From contig JAJPHT010000022.1 of assembly GCA_021325135.1 (NCBI GenBank), forward strand, positions 32,001-96,000: a stretch of 64,000 nucleotides of DNA. The letters are read 5' to 3'. Positions 55,879 through 64,000 of the stretch are shown in pieces (positions within the stretch are counted from its first letter, which is position 1; each line of letters starts with the position of its first letter). The stretch is from Pseudomonadota bacterium. Lineage in GTDB: Archaea; Thermoplasmatota; SW-10-69-26; JACQPN01; JAJPHT01. Below the pieces are notes generated by a model, which saw only the letters and a program-made list of their open reading frames with translations, was not told the origin of the DNA and did no database searches. The translations under genes and the position numbers were made by a program.

Positions 55879-58383
55879 GTGGACCGCAAGAAGATGGAAT
55901 ACCTCGCGCTGGCCGGCATGGGCGTCGGCCTCGTGGGCGCGATCCTGGGCGCCGTGCCCGCGATGCGCCTGCTCTCCCCCTTCGCGCTGGCCGCCGGCGT
56001 CGGCCTCGTGGCGCTCCACGGGTGGATGCTGGGCCGCCTCGCGCCCTCGGAGCGCCAGGAGAGCGACGACGAGCGCTTCCAGCGCGAGCTGGCGCTCAAC
56101 GCCTCCAGCATCTTCCTCTCCGTCGTCTTCCTGCTCCTGGCGCTCGTGGAGGTCCTCGCGATCCCCGCGACGCTGGGCTACCTCGTCGTGCTTGACGCCC
56201 TGGGCCTCCAGCTCATCGCGTTCTACCCGGTGATCACGGCGGGCCTCCTCTGCACGCTGGCCGGCGCGGCGCTCCTCGCGGGGCGCGGCCACGGCGGCGC
56301 GCGCTTGACGAGCCAGCAGCGCGCGGGCGCGCAGGCCGCCCTGGGCCTCACGGGCGCCTTCGTGCTCGCCGGCCTCCTCGTGGGCGTGGGCGCGGGCCGG
56401 CCGCTGGACATCCAGCCCGAGCGCGCGGTCTTCCTCATCGCGGCGAGCCTCGTCTCGCTCTTCTTCTTCCTGCGCTCGTGGCTGGCGCTCCCCTCGTACT
56501 CGCAGGTCACCGAGTGGCTGGAGAACGAGGACCGCCTCAAGGACTCGGGCCTCCTGCGCAAGGTGGCCCTCTCCATGCTGGGCCTCGCGGCGGTGGGCAT
56601 CGTGCTCTCGCTGGTCCCCATGTTCGGCGTGCTGCCGCGCAAGGCGGGCATCGCGGGCACGGGCGTCGCCATGCTGACGCTCCTCTTCGCCACGTTCAAC
56701 GTCGGCGTCTCCCACGTCGTGCCCTTCGCGGGCCTCTCGGGCGATGCCGCCGACGAGCGCCGCAAGCGCCGCGTCATCCTCTCGGCCGCGAGCATCGTGC
56801 TCAACGTGCTCGCCCTCGCCGTGGGCATCCTCACCATTCTGGCGTTCTTCGCGCAGGTGGGCGGCGTCGTCATCTTCCGCTCGCTCCTGGCCGCCTTCGT
56901 CGCGAGCTACCCGGCCATCTTCGCCGCGGTGTTCCTCGCCCTGGGCGCCGTCGTCGCGGTGCGCATGCGCATCCGCAGCGACCTCGCCTACTCGGACAAG
57001 CTCAAGGCCCTCGCGCTGGGCATGGCGACGCTCGTGCTGGTGCTGGGCTTCTTCGGCATCTTCATCGGCAGCGGCCTCGCGGAGGGCAGCGGCATCGAGA
57101 TCGAGAACGCGGTCCTCGCCCTGGGCGCGGCCGTCGTGTGCCTCATCCAGTTCGTCAAGGCCCGCACGCTGCTGCCCGGCGTCGTGGGCATGATCCGCGA
57201 CTCCATCAAGTCCAGCGCCCAGGCCGACAAGAGCCAGCAGGCCAGCATCAAGAACCGCATGATCGCGACCTACGTCACGGCCCTGGTGTTCGTCCTGGGC
57301 TTCGTGGCGTTCGTCGCGGCCACGACGCTTGGCGCCATCCCCTCGCCCAAGTCGAGCCTGGGGACGGACGTGGGCTTCTTCGTCTACCTCCTGGGCGGCA
57401 TCGCGCTCCTGGTCGTCGTCGTGATGCGCTACTTCCAGAGCGTCAACATCGACCAGCGCTGGCAGAAGCGCGCGACCGACGAGGAGAGCGCCATCGGCAA
57501 GAAGCGCCTCACCTCCCAGCAGGTGCAGCGCTACCTCATCCTGGGCTTCTCCTTCGGCATCGCGGGCGCCCTCGCCCTCATGGGCCTCCTCGTCACGCTG
57601 GACAAGGTCCACCAGCTGGGCCCCCTGCCCCTGGCCAAGAAGTACGGCACGGACTTCTTCGTCTTCGCCATCCTCATCGGCCTGGGCCCCTACGGCTGGT
57701 ACTCGGCGCGCGAGGCCAACCGCATCGAGGCCATCGACCAGAAGTTCCCCGAGTTCCTGCGCGACCTCGCCGAGTCCCAGCGCGCGGGCATGACGCTCAC
57801 CGAGGCCGTCATCACGGCGAGCAAGGGCAACTACGGCGTCCTCTCCAGCGAGATCCGCAAGATGGCGGCGCAGATCCAGTGGGGCGTCTCGTTCCCCAGC
57901 GCGCTGGAGCGCTTCGCCGCGCGCGTGAACACGCCCCTCATCCGCCGCACCGTGAGCCTGGTCATCCAGGCGTCCAACGCGGGCGGCAACACCGTGGACG
58001 TGCTCACCGCGGCGGCGGACGACGCGCGCGAGATCCAGCAGATCGTGAAGGAGCGCAAGCAGTCGATGAGCATCTACCTGATGATCATCTACATCGCCTT
58101 CGCCGTCTTCGTGGGCGTCATCGCCGTGCTCAACGCGCAGTTCATCCCCGAGGTCGCCAAGGCCGTGAGCAAGGCCGACGGCGTGAGCATCGGCGGCCTG
58201 CACTTCCGCAAGTTCGACCAGGACGACTTCAAGACGCTCTTCTTCCACGCCGCGGTCATCCAGGGCCTGGGCGGCGGGATCGTGGGCGGCATCATGTCGG
58301 GCGGGAAGCCCGTGCAAGGGTTGAGGCACAGCTTCATCCTCGTCTTCCTGGCGTGGGTGCTCTTCCGGATCGTCATCGGGTGA
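55879..58383 (+). CDS. PilC/TadC protein with large duplicated multi-TM N-terminal extension
   Basis: C-terminal T2SSF domain (FPEFLRDLAE..RAGMTL, YG.L..EI, GG....VL); about 600 aa of TM helices upstream. Confidence 0.85.
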   Translation: MDRKKMEYLALAGMGVGLVGAILGAVPAMRLLSPFALAAGVGLVALHGWMLGRLAPSERQESDDERFQRELALNASSIFLSVVFLLLALVEVLAIPATLGYLVVLDALGLQLIAFYPVITAGLLCTLAGAALLAGRGHGGARLTSQQRAGAQAALGLTGAFVLAGLLVGVGAGRPLDIQPERAVFLIAASLVSLFFFLRSWLALPSYSQVTEWLENEDRLKDSGLLRKVALSMLGLAAVGIVLSLVPMFGVLPRKAGIAGTGVAMLTLLFATFNVGVSHVVPFAGLSGDAADERRKRRVILSAASIVLNVLALAVGILTILAFFAQVGGVVIFRSLLAAFVASYPAIFAAVFLALGAVVAVRMRIRSDLAYSDKLKALALGMATLVLVLGFFGIFIGSGLAEGSGIEIENAVLALGAAVVCLIQFVKARTLLPGVVGMIRDSIKSSAQADKSQQASIKNRMIATYVTALVFVLGFVAFVAATTLGAIPSPKSSLGTDVGFFVYLLGGIALLVVVVMRYFQSVNIDQRWQKRATDEESAIGKKRLTSQQVQRYLILGFSFGIAGALALMGLLVTLDKVHQLGPLPLAKKYGTDFFVFAILIGLGPYGWYSAREANRIEAIDQKFPEFLRDLAESQRAGMTLTEAVITASKGNYGVLSSEIRKMAAQIQWGVSFPSALERFAARVNTPLIRRTVSLVIQASNAGGNTVDVLTAAADDAREIQQIVKERKQSMSIYLMIIYIAFAVFVGVIAVLNAQFIPEVAKAVSKADGVSIGGLHFRKFDQDDFKTLFFHAAVIQGLGGGIVGGIMSGGKPVQGLRHSFILVFLAWVLFRIVIG

Positions 58384-58391
58384 GGGAAAAA

Positions 58392-59143
58392 ATGACAGAC
58401 TGCCAGACGTCGTCGGCCGCGCCGCAGCGCGGCCAAAAGGGGGGTTTCAGGGGGGCTCGCCCCCCTGACGTCTCGTCTGGTGAGCCGACGCTCTTCCCGT
58501 CAGGGGGCTGCGCCCCCTGAAACCCCCGCGGGTAGCCGCGCTGCGGCGCGGCCGACGATCGGGTGATCATGGTCAACTGATGCTCGTCTCCGGCATCGTC
58601 ATCACCATCGCGTTCCTCCTCACAGCGCTGACCCTCTCGCAGGTGAGCAGCATCGAGCGGCAGGCCGCGGCGGACAAGCCCACCTCCCTTTCGGCGGAGT
58701 GGCGCTTCCTCCACGACCGCCTCAAGACGAACCTCCAGACCGCTGTGAGCGTGGACACCACCAACGACACGCTCATCAACACCACCTGGCCCGCCGTGGC
58801 GGCGACGTTCCGCAACATCGAGGCGGAGAAAGGGTACGACCTCGTGCTCCGCATCGCGGGGAACACCACCTCGGGCGTGGGCACGTTCAACCTCAGCGAG
58901 AACCGCACGGGGATCACGTCGGGCGGCGTCTTCACGACCTACAACGCCACGAGCTTCGACGGACAGACGACGTTCAACTGGGCCGCGGACGGGAAGGACG
59001 ACGGCTTGATCTGGCACGCCTCGTGCCTCGACCAGACCAACGGCAACGTGGGCTGCATCCAGGGGGTCCTGGTGGGCATGCACCTGGCGGACCAGTCGAC
59101 GAACATCGATGAGGTCGTCCTCATCGCCGTCAACACCGGGTGA
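58392..59143 (+). CDS. Pilin-like protein whose 5' end is interrupted by a palindromic element (uninterrupted ORF from 58580)
   Basis: Joining 58392-58409 to 58559-59143 gives MTDCQTSGDHG|QLMLVSGIVITIAFLL, a class III signal. Confidence 0.65.
58410..58558. mobile_element. 149-bp REPIN/MITE-like palindromic element (complete)
   Basis: Perfect 24-bp terminal inverted repeat; inner hairpins identical to the 18638 copy. Confidence 0.85.
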
Positions 59144-59247
59144 GGTGGACCGGTCCGTCCGGGCAACGCGGCCCTGGGGCGCCCGGGCGAAGCGACATAT
59201 ACCCTCGCTTGCAGAGCCAGGGGTGGGCTTTGGAGGACGTGCAGGCG

Positions 59248-62200
59248 ATGCGCAGACCGCGGGACGACGCCGGAAGCACCCACGTGCTCGAGGCGGTCAT
59301 CATCGCGACGATCATGGTCTCCTCCGTGATCTACGTCGCGACGTTCCAGTCGCCCCCCGCCGCGACGACCAACACGCGCGCGGGCCTCCAGCAGCGCTCG
59401 CAGGACGCGCTGGACATCCTCGCCGACACGCCCGTGCCGGGCTCCTCCTTCGGCGACAACATGCTCTCCGCGTACTCCGCGGCGTGCCTCCAGGGCAGCT
59501 GCGACGACCTGCGCCAGACCATGGAGCGCCTCCTGCCTCCGGGCACGCAGTTCTCGCTCTCCATCTCCAACGGCTTCAACACGTGGCCCGTCTACGAGCC
59601 CCGCTCGCCCCCCGGCGAGGCCGTCACGACGTCGCACCTCATGGAGCCCAAGTGGAGCTACACCTTCCTGGGCACGGGCCAGAGCCTCGTGAACCCCTCG
59701 CGCGACCCTCTCTACACCTACTCGCTGCCCGTCTTCGACTCCAACGTGCTCGACCAGGGCGGCAGCCCGCTGCGCGTCATCCTCCACGGCTCGGCCGGCA
59801 GCGGCAACTTCACGCTGAGCACGGCGGCCACGACGGAGGCGCGCAAGACGACCAGCGCGGCCACGCCCGCGGCGTCGCTCTTCTTCGTCGACGGCTCGGG
59901 GACCCCCGTGGGCGCGCTGGACATCGCCGGCACGACCGCGCACGGCACGCCCTCGACGCCCACCCACGCCAACGTGCAGTTCCGCCTCCGCCTCCAGGAG
60001 TCCGCCAACCAGCCCATCCCCGCGGGCGCGCAGCTGGACGTGAGCCTCCCCCGCGGCTGGAACGCCAGCGTCACCTCCGCGCTGGACCCGGGCTGGACGA
60101 TCGTCGCCTCCGCCGCCAACGCCACCGGCGGCGCCACCGACGCCGTGCTCAGCGCCCGCCTCGCGACGGCCCTCCAGAACGGGACGCGGGACTTCGTGTT
60201 CAACGCCACCTACCAGGGCGACCTCGTGGGCGACTACCTCTTCCACGCCGCGATGTCGCGCGGCTCGCTGGCCCAGGCGGGCCTCGCCGTGCGCGCGGAC
60301 ACCTCCACGACCAGCTCCTACGCGACGCCCGTCTTCACCATCTCCGCGCCCCGGCCCATGGGCGCCAGCGCCACGACGACGTGGACGCTGGGCGCCACCA
60401 TCCCCAACGGCACGGCCGTCACCGTCAACTCCATCGAGATCGTCGAGCAGGACGGGCGCTCCATCTTCGGCAACGCCTCGGTCGTGAGCGGCGGCGGCTC
60501 GGTCGTGGCCGGAGGCGACCGCATCGTGTGGACCGCCCCCGACGTGGACGTCACGAGCTTCCTCACCCTCGCGCTCAACGTCACGCCCAGCGGCACCGTC
60601 GCGAGCCCCGACAACCCCCGCGCCGAGTTCCAGCCCCCCATGACCGTGGCGAACTTCACCGGCCGCTGGATCGAGTCCGCCGGCACGGGCCTCTGGCGCC
60701 AGGCGCTCCTGCCCAACGTGACCTACGGCGGCTACGACACCAACTCGGGCCTCTCCCTCACGACGAACCACTCCATGTCCAGCGAGGGCACCTACAAGGG
60801 CATCGCGATGCCCGGCAGCGGGAACTACACGCTGGGCAACGTCAGCACCAGCAACACCGCCGCCTACGGCTCCTACGTCGGGCTGGAGCGCCGCCAGGTC
60901 GCGACGGGGGACACCGCCGTCGTGGACATCGACGTGCAGTCGCTCCTCTTCACGCTCTCCTCCGCGGGCCAGAAGGCCGGCATCACGCTGCACGTCTATC
61001 CTCCCTGGAGCGGCGACCAGCGCATCCCCATCCAGTCCAACACCAGCTTCGACACGGAGCTGCTCACGAGCGACGTCATGTCGATGACGCTCCTCGACGT
61101 CAACGGCGACGGCTACGCGGACCCCGTGCTGGGCACGAGCAACGGCCGCGTCCTCGCCCTCCACGCGCTCACCGGCGGCCGCATCGAGGCGGACGTCTTC
61201 TCCGCGCCCTTCGACTCCTCCCAGCAGGGGAGCACGGCGCCCTCCATCACGCAGCTGGGCCTCATCGACCTGGGCGGCCAGACCTACATCGTGGTCACGA
61301 CGAACCAGGGCAGCGTCTTCGTGCTGGACCACTCGCTGCGCCTCGCGTGGTCGTGGTACTGGTCGTCCGCGTCCCCCTCCAACGTCGCGGCGCAGGTCAT
61401 CTCCATGGACGCCAGCGCCGACGTCGACGGCGACGGCCGGCACGACGTCGTCGTGGGCGTGCAGGTGCAGGACCAGGGCGGCGCCAGCGCGGGCAACGTC
61501 GTCTTCGTCCTGCGCGCGCTCGTGGGCGACCCCTACCTGGAGGCGTGGGACCCGGCGGACGGCCCCTCGGGCCAGAACCAGCTCTACACCACCGTGGGCA
61601 CGCCCAACGCGGTGCTGGGCCTCTCGCGCATCGGCCCCGCGGGCACGCACCCGGGCATCGCGACCACCTTCCAGTACACGCCCGGCCTCGCGGGCGTGGG
61701 CACCCAGTCCATCAACCCGCTGGGCCCCTCCGGCGCCACCGCCACGCTCTCGCTTCCCAAGGCCGGCATGCACGGCGTCAACAACGACAGCACCGACGCG
61801 TGGACCTTCTCGGGCCCGCCCATCACCGTCGCGCGCACCTACGACTACGAGGGCAACGGCATCCCCGACATCGTGGGTGGCGCCCCCGCGGGCTACGTCT
61901 TCATGATGAACGGCACCGAGCCCACCTCGCCCGTCGTCTCCACGTCGCTCACGAGCCCGCCCGCCACGGAGGTCATCGCCTCGGCGACGCACGACGGGCT
62001 GCGCAGCGCGTTCCTCACCCGCGACCGCTCCATCTACTACACCACCGACGGCTGGATCTCGCAGCACAACGTCTGCGACCCCGCGACGCAGGTCTGCCTG
62101 GCGCCCCTGGGCGCCGCGGCCCTGGCCATGAACGCGTCGTCCTCCTTCTGGGTCGCCGGAAGCGCGGGCGGCCTGTGGCGGACGCCCCCCGCGGCGGACT

Positions 62201-64000
62201 CGGCCAGCGCGTCCTCGCTCAACCTCGCGACCGTCTCCCCCATCAACGCGACCAAGGACGGCAGCGCGTTCGACCTGGGCGTCACGGGCACGCTCTACAA
62301 CTTCAACGGCGTCTCCTTCCGCTGGGGCGACCAGGGCAACGTGGGCTTCGTCATCGGCACGCCCGTCTCCTGCGTCCTCGCGCCGTGCGCGGCGGAGGAC
62401 CTCGTCATGAACACCAGCACCGGCGGCCAGACCTGGACCGTCGCCTCCAATGCGTCGGGCACGCTCCAGGGCCGCGACAACCGCACCGTCACGGCCCCGC
62501 TGGTCCGCCTCAACTTCTCCACGGACTCCCTGGGCTGGATCGTGGGCGGCAACGGCACGCTGCTGCGCACCCTCGACGGCGGCGCCCACTGGCACGGCGT
62601 CAACGTGTCGGGCACCATCGTGAACCTCACCGACGTCTCGTGCGCCGCCCTCGCGCCCGACACCTGCATCGTCGTGGGCGCCAGCGGCCACGCGTGGCGC
62701 ACGACGAACTCCCGCGCCGCGTACCCCACGTGGACCGCCATCGACCTGGGCCCCGCCGCCAGCGGGCGCGACATCTCCTCGGTGGGCCTCGTGAACACGA
62801 GCGTCGCCTACGCGGGCGCCAGCAATCTCATCCTGAAGACCTGGGACGGCGGCGACCACTGGACCGTCATGCCGCTGAGCTACGTCCCGTCCAACGGGGA
62901 CATCGTCAACGTGCTCCCCGACGGCCAGGGCTACGTCTACGGCGGCACCGCGACCACGCAGCGCACCTTCTACCTGGGCGCGCACAACCTCACCAGCCGC
63001 GCGCAGACGACCAACGTCGCCACGGGCCTGCCCCCCGGCTCCCAGGTGACGCGCGTCGACATGGAGGTCAGCGACTCGCAGAACTACGCGACCCCCCCCT
63101 CCACGTCCATGTCCATCGTCACGTTCAACGTGACCGCGGACGGCGGCGCGCACTGGTTCGCGGCCTCCACCAACAGCAGCGGCTACGTGGACCCGCTCAC
63201 CAACCTCGTCACCGCGTACTACCCCAAGGCCTCCAGCCACGCCGAGTGGGGGAGCCAGGTCTACGACTACGTCGAGGGGTGGACGACGAGCACCGCGACC
63301 GCGACCGGCTCCGACGTGCGCGTGCGCATGGACTTCAACACCACCGGCGATTTCGCGGCCTTCACGGCCTCGGTCCACGCCATCACGCTCAACGTCACCT
63401 ACTGGAACGGCAGCGCGTACAACATGATGCCCTTCACGGTGGACCTCAACAGCACGGCGAAGAAGGACGCCGCCAACACCGACGCCGTCTGGGTGGATGG
63501 CGGCGGGAGCGTCTACCAGCCCCTCGTGCAGCCCTACTGGGTGCGCAACGTGAGCGGCTCCGTGCAGGACCTCCTCGTGGGGCTCAACGTCACGGGCGAC
63601 TCGCGCGCCGAGGTCTACGTCTCCACGGGCGCGGTCATCGCCGAGAACAGCCCCGACAGCATCCCCTACGCGGGCAACAACCCCGGCATGACCATCGCGC
63701 CCGACGACAACCGCGTCTACCTCCTCGACGGGAAGAACGGCACCATCGCCGCGCAGACCGCGAGCTTCGGCGGCGCCGTCACGCACCTGGCCCTCAGCGA
63801 CTCCAACGGCGACGGCGTCCCTGAGTACCTCTACGCGACCGTGTGGGACGGCGCCAGCACCGCGCAGCTCGTGTGCATGGACCCCGCCACGCTGGCCATC
63901 AAGTGGCAGAAGACCATCGGCGCGACGATGCCCACGGCGCTGGCCGCCGGCGCGCTCCAGGGAGCCAACGCCACCGCCTTCGTCACCGACCGCACCGGCG
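59248..64000 (+). CDS. Giant pilin-like adhesin with FG-GAP and BNR/YCF48 repeats, 3'-truncated by window edge (>1580 aa, absent from ORF track)
   Basis: MRRPRDDAG|STHVLEAVIIA N-terminus; DVNGDGYAD, DVDGDGRHD, DYEGNGIPD and DSNGDGVPE loops; RTLDGGAHW and KTWDGGDHW Asp-boxes; GGAGGA RBS. Confidence 0.85.
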   Translation, partial: MRRPRDDAGSTHVLEAVIIATIMVSSVIYVATFQSPPAATTNTRAGLQQRSQDALDILADTPVPGSSFGDNMLSAYSAACLQGSCDDLRQTMERLLPPGTQFSLSISNGFNTWPVYEPRSPPGEAVTTSHLMEPKWSYTFLGTGQSLVNPSRDPLYTYSLPVFDSNVLDQGGSPLRVILHGSAGSGNFTLSTAATTEARKTTSAATPAASLFFVDGSGTPVGALDIAGTTAHGTPSTPTHANVQFRLRLQESANQPIPAGAQLDVSLPRGWNASVTSALDPGWTIVASAANATGGATDAVLSARLATALQNGTRDFVFNATYQGDLVGDYLFHAAMSRGSLAQAGLAVRADTSTTSSYATPVFTISAPRPMGASATTTWTLGATIPNGTAVTVNSIEIVEQDGRSIFGNASVVSGGGSVVAGGDRIVWTAPDVDVTSFLTLALNVTPSGTVASPDNPRAEFQPPMTVANFTGRWIESAGTGLWRQALLPNVTYGGYDTNSGLSLTTNHSMSSEGTYKGIAMPGSGNYTLGNVSTSNTAAYGSYVGLERRQVATGDTAVVDIDVQSLLFTLSSAGQKAGITLHVYPPWSGDQRIPIQSNTSFDTELLTSDVMSMTLLDVNGDGYADPVLGTSNGRVLALHALTGGRIEADVFSAPFDSSQQGSTAPSITQLGLIDLGGQTYIVVTTNQGSVFVLDHSLRLAWSWYWSSASPSNVAAQVISMDASADVDGDGRHDVVVGVQVQDQGGASAGNVVFVLRALVGDPYLEAWDPADGPSGQNQLYTTVGTPNAVLGLSRIGPAGTHPGIATTFQYTPGLAGVGTQSINPLGPSGATATLSLPKAGMHGVNNDSTDAWTFSGPPITVARTYDYEGNGIPDIVGGAPAGYVFMMNGTEPTSPVVSTSLTSPPATEVIASATHDGLRSAFLTRDRSIYYTTDGWISQHNVCDPATQVCLAPLGAAALAMNASSSFWVAGSAGGLWRTPPAADSASASSLNLATVSPINATKDGSAFDLGVTGTLYNFNGVSFRWGDQGNVGFVIGTPVSCVLAPCAAEDLVMNTSTGGQTWTVASNASGTLQGRDNRTVTAPLVRLNFSTDSLGWIVGGNGTLLRTLDGGAHWHGVNVSGTIVNLTDVSCAALAPDTCIVVGASGHAWRTTNSRAAYPTWTAIDLGPAASGRDISSVGLVNTSVAYAGASNLILKTWDGGDHWTVMPLSYVPSNGDIVNVLPDGQGYVYGGTATTQRTFYLGAHNLTSRAQTTNVATGLPPGSQVTRVDMEVSDSQNYATPPSTSMSIVTFNVTADGGAHWFAASTNSSGYVDPLTNLVTAYYPKASSHAEWGSQVYDYVEGWTTSTATATGSDVRVRMDFNTTGDFAAFTASVHAITLNVTYWNGSAYNMMPFTVDLNSTAKKDAANTDAVWVDGGGSVYQPLVQPYWVRNVSGSVQDLLVGLNVTGDSRAEVYVSTGAVIAENSPDSIPYAGNNPGMTIAPDDNRVYLLDGKNGTIAAQTASFGGAVTHLALSDSNGDGVPEYLYATVWDGASTAQLVCMDPATLAIKWQKTIGATMPTALAAGALQGANATAFVTDRTG

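Noticed and set aside
51166-58383. Archaellum operon
   Set aside because: No archaellin-type N-terminus and no recognisable ArlF/ArlG; two PilC-like genes and minor pilins fit a pilus better.
58395-58575. Canonical bulge-helix-bulge intron in the interrupted pilin
   Set aside because: The best 4-bp central helix (CCAG/TCGG) has an A-C mismatch and no flanking exon helix follows, so splicing by the tRNA endonuclease is not supported by sequence alone.

Overview
High-GC archaeal chromosomal segment, most consistent with Thermoplasmatota. The assignment rests on SRP19, rps8e, Lsm, type II Map, aMBF1, PAN, topoisomerase VI A/B, a DUF6015-like gene, PGF-CTERM-type sorting signals and TATA-box promoters. 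There are three intron-less tRNAs (Asn-GTT, Leu-GAG, Arg-TCT). Two cell-surface loci stand out. The first (6.4-13.0 kb) has a divergent prepilin peptidase, two tandem pilins sharing an identical 71-bp 5' block, a 1320-aa PGF-CTERM surface glycoprotein and an EarA-like regulator. The second (50.2-64 kb) is a type IV pilus locus: a Walker-A-degenerate KaiC/RAD55 protein, minor pilins, an assembly ATPase, two PilC/TadC proteins (one with an internally duplicated multi-TM extension) and a >1580-aa pilin fused to FG-GAP and BNR beta-propeller repeats. A family of ~150-bp REPIN/MITE-like palindromes occurs 5 times (2 complete, 3 partial). One copy sits inside the signal-peptide coding region of a pilin gene, and removing it exactly restores the reading frame. 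Two structured, ORF-poor gaps between convergent genes are ncRNA candidates. All family assignments come from motif recognition by eye; no searches were run.
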